Assembly (NCBI RefSeq): GCF_004010195.1
Contig: NC_057722.1
Location: 55,772,436-55,836,435, forward strand
Direction: 5' to 3'
DNA length: 64,000 bases
From: Chiloscyllium plagiosum
Taxonomy: Eukaryota
The position numbers and the translations under genes were made by a program. The notes under the pieces are model-generated. The model did not search any database. It worked only from the letters and a program-made list of their open reading frames with translations, and was not told where the DNA came from. Below are positions 25,401 to 40,400 of the stretch, piece after piece. The number at the start of each line of letters is the position of its first letter. Positions within the stretch are counted from its first letter, which is position 1.

Positions 25401-28400
25401 TCTTTTGTTAGTAATATTTTTCCCTTTCCATGTATTTTCCGTTTTTACCTTATCTCGTCAACTTGCCTTGCAGACATGCTTTTTTGCTTGTTTTATTTCA
25501 ACATTGATTTCAAATAACCTCCCTTTCCAGACCCTCCAATTCTCTTGCATTCTTCTGATTGACTCTTCCTTCCATTTACCAACTGGATTCATTCTTCCCA
25601 TCGACCAACCAGGTCATTCACCTATCCCTACCTTAACACCCCCCCCCCCGATTTTTTTTCTCTCGCGCTCTCTCTCTCGCTCGCTCTTTCTCGCGCTCTC
25701 TCTCGCACAAACACACACACACACACCCAACCCCTTTATCTGCAGTTCCCCTAATACCCACCCCCAGTCCTGAAGAAGAGCTACATCTGAAACGTTGACT
25801 TCTCCACCTCCTGATGCTGCCTGGCTTACTGTGTTCTTCCAGCCTCCTACTTGTTTACCTTGTTTTATGTCAATAGCTAGATTTTGTGCAAAATACTCAA
25901 AGTAGTAATGGACTGTTTTATTGGAATAGCTATATTCTGCATAAAGAAAAAGAAAATCACCTGTTCAGTTAAGATTTGCCTGAGATCATATGGCTCTCAT
26001 TCTGTTATGTGCAACTGTTATATTAACTGATAATATATCTTATGATGAGAAAAGAGAACTCATTTACATCACACAAGCATTTGTTGTCTATCTTAATTGT
26101 CCTTGAACTGAGAGGCAGTTGAGAGTAAATCACATTGGAATCACATGTAGACTTTCCTCTTTAAAGACCATTAGTACATCAAGTGGGTTTTTATAATAAT
26201 TGATAAGATCATTACTGAAACTAGCTTTTAATTCCATGTATACTGGTGAATGTATATTACAGCAACCATGGAGGGATTAACCTGGATATCTGGATTGCTA
26301 GTCTAGTGATAATGTCTCCCTCTTGTAAAGTATGGCATGATTTACAGTTGCATCCCCGCCCTAACCTCTAAGCACAACAACTAAGTGCAGATGAAAAGTT
26401 GAGTTCTATTTGGCTGTGATTTTGTCCACCGTGAAACAACCTGGCATCATTTATGATCCAGACTCCCACTTGTGTGAGATTATTGTAAGACTTCTGGTAC
26501 CGGTGCGACTAAATCTTGGTGACATTTGGTGCTTTCAAGAAAGAAAAGATGATGTGGTTTTGAAAGAAAGACCCACTTTTTTAACGTATCCTTCATGCCA
26601 GTCTAGCAAATGACTGTTCTTTGTACTGCTGTTATGGATATCTTTTAAATGCTCTGCTCATTCCAGATATGGTCTTATTCAGTACAAAAGCAAAGTTAAA
26701 ATGTATCTTGTGTGTTCTGGGTGTTTCAGGAAAACCTTTATCCGGATGGAAATACGGAAGTATCAGAAAGCGCAGGTGAACAAGCCAGAACCCAGTTTCC
26801 AAGTAGTTTACAACAAGCACGTTTTGACTTTGGATGACCTGGCTACACTATATGGAGAGAATTGGCTAAACGATCAGGTCAGAGAAGGGTCCAGCTATGC
26901 TCGAGATGTTTGTCTCTGATAGATCGTTGCAAGGGTCACATGTATTTCAGAAAAGTGACAGCTACAGTGCTTTAATGCTGCAGTGATGTTGGAGTGTAAG
27001 CCGAGAAATGCGAGCTCTAAAGTAAAGTTTCAATAATCTTAGTCCTGCTTCTTGCAGACATTCTGTTCCATTATCTCAGTTCCTCCATCTGTCATATCTG
27101 TCCAATGATGTCACCACCACTATCCCACCAAGAATTAATCTCCTTTTTCCTTAATGAAACTTTCCGCCTCCCTCAGCTGTCAGAACCCTCAACCTGTCTG
27201 ACCCATCTCCTGCAATTTTACCTTCACCCATCTCATTTCCTCCCCACACAGTGGTTGGGTTTCCCTTTTCCTCACTGGCTACCCACCTTCCCTTATTCAA
27301 AAGATCATTCTCTGTCATTTCTACACCCTCCAGCAAGATACTGCCACCAAATGCATCGTCTCCTCCCCTCTAGTATCAGCATTCTATTGGACTGTTCCTT
27401 GTCCAGTTCTCCATCTGTCCTAACATGTGCTCAAACACTACTGGCTCAAAGGCTTCTTCACAGAGGTCATGATTTGGAGGTAACAGTTGTGGACTGGGAT
27501 GGACAAAGTTAAAAATCACACAACACCAGGTTATAATCCAGCAGATCTATGTGGAAGCACTTCATTAGGTGATGAAGGAGCAGCGCTTTGAAAGCTAATG
27601 CTTCCAAATAAACTTGTTGGACGATAACCTGGTGTTGTGTGATGATTAACTTCACAGAGGTGTGACACTTATCCAGTCACCACCTCTCTCTCCACTCTCC
27701 CAAGGCTGCAGGCACATATTGCAGGTGAAGCAGTGCTTTGTCTGCTCTTTCAATCTATTCTACTGGATTTGCTGCTCACAATGCTGTCTCCTTTACATTG
27801 GTGAGACCAAACAAGGACTGGGTGATCACTTTGTGGAACAACTTTGCTATGTCTGGAAGAATAACCCAGAAATTGCTTGCCATTTCAAAAAGTGCCTTGC
27901 TACCATACTAGCATTTCCATCCTGGGCCTACTATAATGTTACATTGAAGCTCAGCAAGAGCCAGGAGGAACAGCACCTCATTTTCCACTTGGGTACTTAC
28001 ACTCTCCAGGACTCTGTTCCACAACTTCAAAGCATGGCACTTGTCTTCCATGAATTTCCACCTCATCCCCCTGTTAAAATCCTCAGAGGCCATGAATTGT
28101 TGACTTCATTTTCACAAGGGTGAGTCCTTGTCTCCTTTTTCGCACCTTCATTTACACCCTTTTTACATCCTTTTTTTTCTTTACCACCATGAGCACTGTT
28201 TTTTTAACTCTGTCGGAAGTCACATGACTCCAGGTTATAGTCCAACAGACTTCTTTTAAATCACAAGCTTTCGGACTGCTGCTCCTTTGTCAGGTGAAAT
28301 CAACTTGTCACACTCCTGGTGTCACGTGACTTCTAATTTTGTCCACCCCTGTCCAACACTGGCCCCTCCACATTATAGCTTTTATGCTCTGGACATCCTC

Positions 28401-31400
28401 ACCATCTGTTCCATTTGTTCCTCCTCCCCGAGTGTCAAAACATAAAAACCATCATTTTCCATCCACTTTCAGTCCTGAAGAAGAGTCCTGTTGGACTCTA
28501 TGCTAACCATGTTTTTCGCTGTAAGGATGCTGCCAGATCTATTGAGTTCCTCCAGCATTTTATATTTTTATTTCAGATCTGCAGTATTTCATTTTTATTT
28601 AAGGCTTTGCTAACTTGTACCCAGGAGCAAGTGCTGTAGCAGTGAAAAATTTCAGATATATTTAAATAAAGATCAGGTTAAAATATAACAGTTGAAAAAT
28701 TAAATGAAATTGTATATCATTGAGTAGAAAAAAATTAAGTAAAATTGAATTTATTTTTAAATTTTTTAAAAAAAATTTCTAAAATCAGTGGTGAACACAC
28801 GCTGTCAGCATTTATCGTAGGATTGTTGGTGTCAGCAGACATTTCATTTGTTTAGGTAACCACCATTACTCCCCATGTGTAGTTGTATAACCTCCACTAA
28901 TTGGTATAATTTCTATATTACTGTGTAGTGAAATCATCTTAGCCAACTGAAAGCTGTGGTGGTGACTGTTTGGTTTCCTTGCAGGTAATAAACATGTATG
29001 GAGAACTGATTGTAGATGCAGTACCAGATAAGGTGGGTTTATGAATCATAGCATTAAGATGGACCTTTGTTAGAAGGCTCATTATTGTATGTTTGATAGC
29101 ATACCTCATTGTTTTAATAATAATTTATTTATATTAATTTCTTTAAATCATGGCAAAGTAATGTGTTCGGGCTGAGCTACTCAGCTGATTCATCTCCAGA
29201 AAATACCAAATATTGCCTTTTGCATTGGGAATGATGAGAGAAAAAAAGAAACTTTTTTTTGTAAAGAAAACACACACCTCCCTCAGCTTTTAAAAGGAAA
29301 AGGCTTGTGCAGAGCAGGAAGGATCAACTCAAATCCTCAGTCTTTTTTGAGTTTGATCACATCTGGAGGAGTAGCTCTACTGTTTAATGGTCCAGATTAA
29401 AATTGAGAAATCCACAAGTTTACCTCCCTTAATTGCCAGCCAACAGTTGCTGCTGGAAATGCATTTGTGTGGGTTCGTCTCTGAGGATTGGGTCAGGCTC
29501 AGCTGCCTTGCACTGCAAAAAATGGCCACTGAGGTTACATTAGTTGATATTTGTATTGAATTTTGGCTACTATTGATGTCTTCAGAAGGTGCATATCTGG
29601 CAGAAAGGCGAAGAGAGGAACATTCATACTATACTAACTTATGCTTTTTAATTTTGCTTAATCCCCTCTCCAGGTTCACTTCTTCAATAGCTTCTTTTAC
29701 AAGCAGCTTCAAACTAAAGGATACAATGGAGTGAAGAGATGGACAAAAAAGGTGAGTCCTTGAAAGAGTGGATTGTGGCAGCAAGGTGATGTTTGGATGT
29801 TTAACAAGCTTTGGGATACAGCTGTTCATTCTTTGTGAAAGCTATTGATGTTTTGGTGAATCCTGTACAGTACCCTGTGCTTTTCTTAAGTGTTGTAATG
29901 TGGTCTGGTATACATCTCTGCAAAGAGAGAATATTTCTCATCTGTATGACTGACTTGCCTTCTCCTTATGGAAGCATATCTTTACAAAATATTAGAAAGT
30001 CAACCTTCTCCAAAACAGATAAATTCGGATACAGGTGATTGTTCGGTCCCAAACCAATTCTGTAGATAAAAATGAAGACTGCCACTTTGTTACATAGTCA
30101 ATATAAACTAAAGCTTCCGTGTTTTAAAGTTTATGATTTTTTAAAAAAACCTCAAGTTCTCGTTATCCCTTCTATTTCAAAACCAGTTGTAGATCTTTGG
30201 TACCATTTTTGCCTATGCTTTTCTGCATTGTCTTCGCTTTTGCATAGCTTTTGTTCCATTATTTCTAATCTGTGTTACTCAAGCTGCCTATTCTGGTTTT
30301 CTTTTGATAGCTGTCTGCCTGACTGAAAGGTTCTATTTTTGTTTTTTTGTTCAGGTGGATTTATTCAGTAAAGCCCTACTACTAATCCCTATTCATTTGG
30401 AAATCCATTGGTCATTGCTAACAGTTGATCTTCCAAATAGGAAAATTTGCCTTTATGATTCTCAAGGCATCCATTTTAATTCCTGTGTTCAGGTAAGGCA
30501 ATCTTTCAAGTACTTTCTATTGTATTTTTTTGTCTTAGCCTTTTTGTTCCTTCCTAAAGGCAGTGATGTGTTGCAATCTGGTTACATGAGTACTGATAGA
30601 AACCCTGAATAGTAGCAGATCATTCAGTCACAGAGCCGGAATCTCTCCACATATGCACGTTTTATGTTGCTGGATATTAACTGAGTAGGAACTCTGCCTG
30701 ACTTTTCATTCTTTTTCTTCTCATCCTAACATTGGAATTGAGGGCAGTTGTGTAGCATTCCCAACGTGAACGTTTAGTTAGTGCAGGTAAGAGAGTGATA
30801 GCATGTCATTTCTCAGAGTAGCCATCTAGAATTTTTTTAAAATGGTGAAGTAGAGTTCTGACAAATGGGTGAAGTCTTTTCAGCTATTTGGATGTAGAAA
30901 ATAGATGTTGATGCAATTTATGTGTGAGCATTTCATATTTAGATCTAGGATGTATCTTCATTTGGTATTTGTGGGCGGCACGGTGGCACAGTGGTTAGCA
31001 CTGCTGCCTCACAGCGCCGGAGAACCGAGTTCATTTCCCGCCTTAGGCGACTGACTGTGTGGAGTTTGCACGTTCTCCCCGTGTCTGCGTGGGTTTCCTC
31101 CGGGTGCTCCGGTTTCCTCCCACAGTCCAAAGATGTGCAGGTCAGGTGAATTGGCCATGATAAATTGCGCGTAGTGTTAGGTAAGAGGGAAATGTAGGGG
31201 TATGGGTGGGTTGCACTTCGGCGGGTCGGTGTGGACTTGTTGGGCCGAAGGGCCTGTTTCCACACTGTAATGTAATGTAATCTAATCTAATCTTAAGGAA
31301 TTTTACCAAACATTGCAATATGCAATCAAATAACAATGTACCCTTGTTACCAGCACCATATAAAAACCACTCAATAGAAAGTTAATATAAAACAAAATCT

Positions 31401-34400
31401 GCGATACTCCTTGCTACATATACAGCTGCAGTTGGAGATTTGGAATCAGAGCACCTATCAGATGGTTTAATGGCTAAAAGTCTTTGTTGGGCAATCACTG
31501 TTATGAATATATTATTAAATATACTGGCAAAATTATAACTGAGGCTAGAACAGTGCATTGTTGCTCGAGTCCCACTAATCCATGACTCACTACATTAAAA
31601 ACATCTTTTGCCATGTTATTTCAATCACTCCTTCAAAACAAATTTGTTTTAACCTGAGCCCAACAAAATGATTTTCTTGTCAGAACTGAGAAGGATGGAT
31701 GGGGCAGCTTTTTCTTTGCAGGTTTCCCTCCAACTTACCTTGTTCTTAGGGTTTTGTCCAACTCAGTCAAATAAAACAACTTTTTCCAAACCAGCCCCAA
31801 AAAAGATCTACAGATAACATTGCCAGTAGTCTTGTTTTCAAAAAAAATTACCCATGTCAACAGTGGGTACATTTTCTTTAAAAAAAAAGCTTCATGTATT
31901 TCCGCAAAACTTGAAATGAATACATTTCCCCAATTCTTCATACTCTAACCCCTCCAAGCAATATTAAAGTACCTTTTAATAATAATAATCCAACAAATTA
32001 ATGTTATTTACTAAATTTTCTGTTGCATACTACAACAACTACTCAATGTTATGGTTCTTCTTTATTCAGTAAATGAACGCAGGGTTTGTTCCAATTCAGT
32101 GCTACCATACAATGGTTGATATTTATGTCAAACTTATTGAACTTGCCTCTGAGTCAGAAAGTTGTGGATTCAAATCCCTCTCCAGATTTTGAGCACAAAA
32201 GTCAGGCTGACACTTCCACTTGAGGGAATGCCTCACTACCCATTTTTGCCTCTTGTCTAAATGGCCTATGTTCCTATCCAACTTTCAGAAGAGATGTTAT
32301 GCCAAGACTGTGCTACCCTCTTAAGTAGAAGCAAAAGATTTAATGGCACTGTTTGAAAATGAGCTGTGAAGTTACTACCCAAATTCTGGCTGATGTTTAG
32401 CCCTCAGTTAACATCACAGAAACGTTTATTTGGAGAAAAATGGCATTTCTATTTAGGGAAACTTTTTTTTTAAACAATACATGACTTTTAGAACATAGAA
32501 CAATACAGCTCAGAACAAGCCCTTTGGCCCTCGATGTTGCACCGACCTGTGAATTAGTCCAAGCCCATCCCCCTAACTATCCATTCATCATCCATGTGCA
32601 TATCCAGTGATTGTTTAAATGCCCCTAATGTGGCTGAGTTAACTATATTGGCAGGTAGGGCATTCCAAGCCCTTACCACTCTGAGTAAAGAACCTGCCTC
32701 TCTGACATCTGTCTTAAATCTATCACCCCTCGTTTTGCAGCTATGCCCTCTCGTACAAGCTGACGTCATCATCCTAGGAAAAAGACTTTCAATGACTACA
32801 CTATCTAATCCTCTGATCATCTTCTATGTCTTTATCAAATTCCCTCTTAGCTTTCTTCTCTCCAATGAGAAAAGACCCAAGTATCACAGCTTTCCTCATA
32901 AGACCTTGCCTCCAGACCAGGCAACATCCTGGTAAATCTCCTGTGCACCTTATCCAATGCTTCTACATCCTTCCTGTAATGGGGCGACCAGAACTGTGTG
33001 CAATATGTCAAGTGTGGCCACACTAACGTTTTGTACAGTTGCACCATGACTCCAGAACTCAATCCCTCTACCAATAAAACCTAACACCGTATGTCGCCTT
33101 AACAGCGCTATCAACCTGGGTAGCAACTTTCAGGGATCTAAGTACATGGACTGCAAGATCCTTCTGCACATCCACATTACCAAGGATCTTTCCATTGACC
33201 CTGTATTCTGCCTTCCTGTTATTCTTCCCAAGGTGAATTCTCCTCACATTTAGCTGCATTGAACTCCATTTGCTACTTCTCAACCAAATTCTGCAGTTTA
33301 TCCAAGTCTCCCTGCAACATACAACATTCTTCCACACTATCCACTACTCCACCAACTTTAGTGTCATCTGCAAACTTACTAACCCATCCACCTATGCTTA
33401 TGTCCAAGTCATTTTTAAAAATGACAAACAGCAGTGGTCCCAAAACAGATCCTTGTGGCACACCACTAGTAACCGGACTCCAGATTGAATATTTTCCGTC
33501 AACCACCACTTGCTGCCCTCTTACTGAAAGACAGTTTCTAATCCAAACTGCTAAATAATTCTCAATCCCATGCCTCTGCATTTTATCCAACAACCTACCA
33601 TGTGGAACTTTATCAAATGTTTTACTGAAGTCCATGTACACCAGGTGAACTGCCATACCCTTATCCATATGCTTGGTCACCTTCTCAAAAAAACTCTGAG
33701 GTTTGTGAGACGCGACCTGCTCTTGACGAAACTATGTTGACTATCTGTAATCAAATTGTTGCTTGCTAGATGATTTTAAATCCTATCTCTTATAATCCTT
33801 TCCAATGCTCACTAGTCTATAATTACTGGGTCATCTCTGCTGCCCTTCTAGACCAAGGGCACAACATTTGCAATCCTCCAGTCCTCTGGTACTAAACCTG
33901 TAGACAATGCTGACTCAAAGATTTTCTCCCAGTGTTGCAGATTCCATTGTTTCAGTAAACAGTTTGTTGATCTGTAGGCGTGGTCCAGTGACAAAATATT
34001 GCAGTAGTTTTTCTCGCGGGCCCATAAGAGAATGAAGGGCGAGGGTTCAAATGTAAGCATTAGTGGTGATCGCTCCCTAATAGAACTGAAGTAATTGGAC
34101 TCAAAAAAAGAAGAGGATGAGTTTACTTGGCACTGATGCAATGCTGCATCGCATATATGGCATGAAAGCAGGTCACTCAGTACAAACAATCCATGCTGAA
34201 TATTCTTTCATCAGGGTTGTCTCTACTGTCCTCCAATCCAGATGAGAAAGCGGGCGCATCCATAATTCACTGGTTGATAGAATACTGATTATTTTACTCT
34301 ATATCTGAGAACAAATATTTTGTGGCCTTGAATGAAGGTTCATAGCTAAATTATGGAGACTTTTACAATGTCTTTGGTGTCATCATCCATCCAAAAATCA

Positions 34401-37400
34401 AGCAGATTACTAATTAAATGCAGAACAAAGCTCTTGCTATTTTCCTGCCTGACACAAAAAAGCGTCCTAATACCAAGCAAACTATTCACCAAATCAACTA
34501 TTGAGGTTGCTAATTGGTACTTGGTCATGTAATGTGAATGCTAACAATTTGGAACTGGATAACTACTGCCATATCATTGGTAGAAAGACGGATTTATGTT
34601 TCATCAGTTTAAACTGGATTCAAATGGAATATGAGGAATTGTAAACTGCATTCCGTGGTCTTCAATGTGCTGTTCACAAACATTGTAATGTTCTTTTCTT
34701 TAAGCAGTTGCTGTTCAATCTTTAGAAATGTGGATGATGTTATCTATCTGTGTAAAAGTAAGGCGAGTAAACATTGGGTACTGAAATGTGAACTGAGAAG
34801 GTTTTAAAATATGCAGGAAGTTCCTTTGCATCACTTCCTGCAGTCAAATCAAAACTGTATTGCCATTATGTGTGTTTTGTTTATAGACTCCTTTTTGAAG
34901 AGAAGAGGCTAAGCTGCTTAAGATCTCTCAAATCTTTCCTCAAGGAAGCATCTCTGATATATGTTGCATAATTATTTGGGCTGCTTTTCTCTATTGTTTA
35001 ATGAACTACTGACAAAACTACAAATGGAACTAGGTCAGCCAGTCTGGTAACAAGTGTCAAGAGTCTAAATCCGGGACTATAATCTTCATTCGCTGCAGTG
35101 AACTAAATAAACATTATTTATTTAATTGCTATCACATTTGAATTGTGTTCCTCTCCATTTAAAAATGAATAAAGTATACTATCTTGGAAAGAATTTGATT
35201 TAAATGACAAAGGTAACAGAGGAATCCTAAATTGAAAGACCGATACTTTGGACCGAAAGAGGAGAATAAAAGATGCCAAAATCAGAAAAGGCAAAGCAAA
35301 AAGAAAGACTTGCCTCATCCTGTGGTTAAGACCCATTAATCTTTCAAAGTGACATGAGTGGAGGTCTCCTTAGCCCCATACACGAATCCTCAATGCACCC
35401 AATATGCTTGAAAAAAAATGCGATTCATGTCCAAATGTAAAAACATTCCAGCTTTTTGGTTGGTTATTCCCAAAACAGGAAGTGGTGTAAAGGAACTAAT
35501 GGGGCTGTGAAGAAGACAGGCCATATGTCAAGCATCGTGTCCAAAAACAAATCAGGTGAGCAGCAGGATTTTTCTTTAATGCTAATGGGCAATTAGATAA
35601 GTTCTTGGAATCTAGGATTTTGATCAAATCACTGATATAAATTGTTCCAATAGAAGGTGGACCAAGTTGTGAAGTCACCCTAGTATAGGCATCCTCAACA
35701 AAGCTACTCAGAATTTTGAAATGTATTTGGAGGAAATTCCTTGACAACAAGGAAAATTGTTGTTCCCTGAATACTTGTGTTTGCAATTATTGTACAGAAT
35801 TCTGTACTTCTGTTCAAAATGCTTGGTGATTTTTATTTAAGTGTGTTATTCACTTACTGTAAGTGCTTTCACTTCATAGGTAAAAGGCGGGCAGACACTA
35901 TATTGTTTCTCTATGTTGCAGCTATGAGCAAGGACAGCTTTAGAGTGTAATTATTGTCAAGCAAATATTTATTGTAATCTTCCTGTCTCTTTGCAACCAC
36001 TTAAGTTTAATATGCCAGTTTCCATGATGGCTTGGCCCAGGCTAGCAGTTTGTTATTTAAGGAATCCTGGACACAAACTAGGTATCTCCTTCCTTTAATA
36101 TAGTGAGATTCCTCATTATGGCACAGCTACACCATGTTATAATTTAGTTAAAATTGCTTATCTTTGAAATTACGTATGTCCATAGTGAAATTGTTCTTGA
36201 AATATTTAGTTTCAAGGAATACTGTAGGTACTGCTGTGGTTTGCAAAAATTAAACTCTTAAGGTTGGTGCAAAGCCAAGCCATAATGCTGGAGAAACTTG
36301 GGTCCAGCAACATCTAGGGAGAATAGCATTAATGTTTTGAATCCAATCTGAGTCTTGCATTAATATTCAGAATCTTGGTAAATATCTTGACCCACACAGA
36401 ATTGAACTTGGCTTCCATCTTCATGCAGCTAACTGGGGTAAGGTGCTGGAGAATGACTCTTGCAGGTGTGGAAATATATCCCAGCCAAAAGCAAACCCCT
36501 TCAGGAAGGAATTAACACTGTTGAACAGGGAGGGGGCTGATTGGCCTGAGTTTGAGTCTTTGATTCTCAGCACAATAGCCAGAAGCAGCTTCAAAATAGT
36601 ACTTTTTTTTTAAAAAGTCTTGCTGTCCATGATTTACCTAACTTTCTTGGTTCACAGAACATTCTGAAATATTTGAAGACAGAAGCTGGTGAGAGGAATC
36701 GTCCTGCATTCCTGGAAGGGTGGAAAGCATTTGCCACGACGGTAAAGTTTGAACTCACCTCCTTTAAAGTTCAATTTATAGCAAACTTCCGATTAGCACA
36801 CACTTTGCATACCCTCGTTCATATGAAGATTGTAAACTGCAGCTTTGTAATATGTTCATATAAACAAGTTGACTTCCTCCAGTACCCTCCACTAAAACAG
36901 ATTGCGCATATGTTTAGTTCTTGTGCTGATCTCAGTAGAGTTGATGATGTTATTGCAGTTAATTTCAAGTGAGAACATTGTTGATTTATAAATCTGGCTG
37001 AGCAGTGCTTATATGTGGATGTGATTTGAAGACAAGGTTTGAGTTGACTGTGATATCCTACCTTCCCATGGGTATAATGGTAGTCTACAGCAGAAATTTG
37101 GAGTATGGGTTAGGCACATAGGCGTATGCTATTCAGCCCCTAGAGCCTTCACTACAATTCTAGATCCTGGTTGATCATCTATATTCAACACTATCCCCAT
37201 TTCCCCTTGTTGCCATTAGTAGCTATCTGTCTCTCTTTGTCTTGAACTTTGTATAATGACTGAGCTTCCACAGCGCTCTGTGGAAGAGAATTACAAAGCT
37301 TCATCACCCTCTGAGTTAAGAGGTTTCTCCTCATCTCTGTCCTAAAGGCTTGCCTTGTATTCTGAGACCGTCCCTAGTTCTGATCCTTCATGTTTATACA

Positions 37401-40400
37401 CTGTCTATTTTTAAGAATTTTGTAAATGTCTATGCAATTGCCCCTTATTCTTATGAACTTCAGAGAATATGGGCCCAGTCTCCTCATAGGACAGTCCAAC
37501 CATTCGATACATTCCCTCAATTACAATTACAGTATATCCTTCCTTGGGCAAGGAACCAGAAGTGTACATAACAATCCAGGTACAGTCTCAGCAATATTCT
37601 ATACAATTAAAGCAAGACTTCTTTCCTATTGTACTGAAATCCTGTTTAATGAAAGCTAACATGTTTGCTTTCTGAATTGCTTGCTGCACCTGCATATTAG
37701 CTTTCAATGACTTATGAACAAGGACACCTAGATCCTTTTGGGCATCTCCACTTCAAATCTTTCGCCATTTAAAAAGTAATCTTTACCTGAATGTAGATTT
37801 GCTAGCTGAGCTGTAAGGTTCTTTTTCAGACGTTTTGTCACCATACTAGGTAACATCTTCAGTGAGCCTCTGGAAAAAGCACTGCTGATGTTTCCTGCTT
37901 TCTATTTATATGTTTGGGTTTATTTAGGTTGGTGTTGTCATTTCCTGTTCTTTTTCTCAGGGGGTGGTAAATGGGGTCCAAGTCAATGTTTTTGTTGATA
38001 GAGTTCCGGTTGGCATGCCATGCTTCTAGGAATTCTCGTGCGTGTCTCTGTTTAGCTTGTCCTAGGATGGATGTGTTGTCCCAGTCGAAGTGGTGTCCTT
38101 CTTCATCTGTATGTAAGGATACTAGTGAGAGAGGGTCATGTTGTTTTGTGGCTAGTTGGTGTTCATGCATCCTGATGGCTAGTTTTCTGCCTGTTTGTTA
38201 CAGTTCTTGCACTGTATTTTGTAAATGACATTAGTTTTGCTTGTTGTCTGTATAGGGTCTTTCAAGTTCATTAGCTGTTGTTTGAGTGTGTTGGTGGGCT
38301 ACCATGATGCCAAGGGGTCTGACTAGAGTTGCAGTCATTTCCAAGATGTCTTTGATGTACAGGAGAGTGGCTAGGGTTTCTGGGCGTGTTTGTTGCTGAG
38401 AAATCGGCGGACTGTGTTCATTTGGTACCCATTCTTTTTTAATACACTGTTTAAGTATTCCTATACAGTGTATTCAAAAAGACAGGTACCCAATGAACAC
38501 AGTCTGCAGATTTCTCAGCAACAAACCCAAACAAGCAGACAACAAACACATTGACTTAGACTCCATTTGCTACCCCCTGAGAAAAAAAACAGGAAATGAC
38601 ATCAACCCAAAGATATGATTAGAAAGCAGGAACTATCAGCAGTGCTTTGTCCATGGGCTCACTGAAGTTGTTACCTAGTATGGTGACAAAACGTCTGAAA
38701 ACGAACCTTCCAGCTCAGCGAGCAAACCTACATCCAGAATCTCAACCTGAGCTACAAATCTTTTCAAAACGTGCTAGTACTCTTTACCTTTGATAGAAGA
38801 CACAAAGTGGATAACTGCTCACCATTTACATTATTTTCTATCTGCCATGCTCCAACCTCCTCATTCAGCCTACCTAAATCACCTTCAACCCTCTTTGTAT
38901 GCCCCTCACAACTTGCCATCTACCAAGTTTTATATCACCTGAAGACTTGGAAACATTACAATTGGCTTCCACATCCAGATTTTTGATACTGATTGTGAAA
39001 AGCTGAGGCCAAGCAATGATCCTTGCATTACCCCACTGGTCATAGCCTGCTGACCTAAGAATGACCCATTTATTCCTGCTGTCTGCTTTCTGCCTGTTAT
39101 CTAATCCTTAATCCATGCTTGTAAAATACACATAAGCAAAATTAAAGTGCATAGGATTACTAATCTTGTGAGGGTCTTTATGAAAAGTATTCTGAAGATG
39201 AAAATGGACCAATCCACTAGGCTCCCCCATGTCCACCCTGGTGACATATTCAAAAAAATTGGATCAGTTTGTCAATTTGTTAAATCAGTTTGTTTTCCCC
39301 TCTCATAAATCCATATTGACTCTGCCCAATCAGACAATTATATTCTAAATATACTGTGTCACATCCTTTATAATAAATTCTAATTTCAAATTTCTTGGTC
39401 CTCTTTGCCTTCTAGAATTCTCCCAGTTTTCAGGCTTAAACTTTTTCTAATCTTTTTTAAGCTTCTTCCTTTGATCTAATACTACCTTTAACTTCCCACG
39501 TCAATCATGACACTCTCTTGTTTTTCCTGATGGACATTTTAACTAACTGCTGACCATCTTCCAAGAATCCTTAGATTCTGGAAATATTCCCAAGGACTGG
39601 AAAACTGCCAATGTTGCAACTTTATTTATGAAGGGAAGGCGATGAGAACCAGGTAACTATAGACCAGTTATGTCTGTTTTAGGGAAAATGTTAGAGTGAT
39701 ATGTTAACAGCATTTAGAAATACATAATAGGATCAAACAGAAGGGACATGGCTTCATGAAGGGAAAAATTATGCCAAACAAATTGATTAGAATTCTTTTG
39801 AGGAAATAACAAACAGGATAAAGGGGAAGCAGTGGATGTAAAGTATTTGAATTTTCAGAAAGTGTTTGATCAAGCACTGCATATTAGGATATTTAATATG
39901 ATAAGATCCCATGGTGTTGGAGATATATTAACATGGCTAGAGGATTGACTAGTTAATAAACAGTTGGAATAAAGGAGGTATTTCTCGGATCACAACTTTA
40001 TGGAGTGCTAGAGGGATTGGTGCTGGAGCCACTATTATTTACAAGTTACATTAATGACTAATGAAAAAAGTAAATGTATTGTAGCCAAGTTGGCAAATAA
40101 CACACACAATCTGCAAAAGGACGCAGACAGGTTAAGTGAGTAGGCAAAACAATCAGTAGGTGGAATATAATATGAGAAGATATGACATTATGTAATTTGG
40201 CAGGAAGAATAGAGAAAATTAATATGATTTAAAAGGAGAGAGACTGCAGAAATCTACAGCACAGGGGGATTTGGAAGTCCCCGTTCATAATCACAAAAAG
40301 CTAGAATCCTTGAGAAGGCTTACTAAAACTATACAGGGCATTAGTTGGACAACAGCTACAATTTTGGGTGTCTTTCAAAGAAAAGATATTTTGGTATTAG

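Noticed and set aside
28985-30360. SENP5 exons beginning with GT (AG|GT) as recursive splice sites
   Set aside because: Explained by conserved Val codons at phase-0 junctions; the introns are short and there is no other support.
30973-31050. tRNA gene
   Set aside because: The A/B boxes belong to the tRNA-derived head of an HE1 SINE; there is no full cloverleaf, and the SINE body follows.
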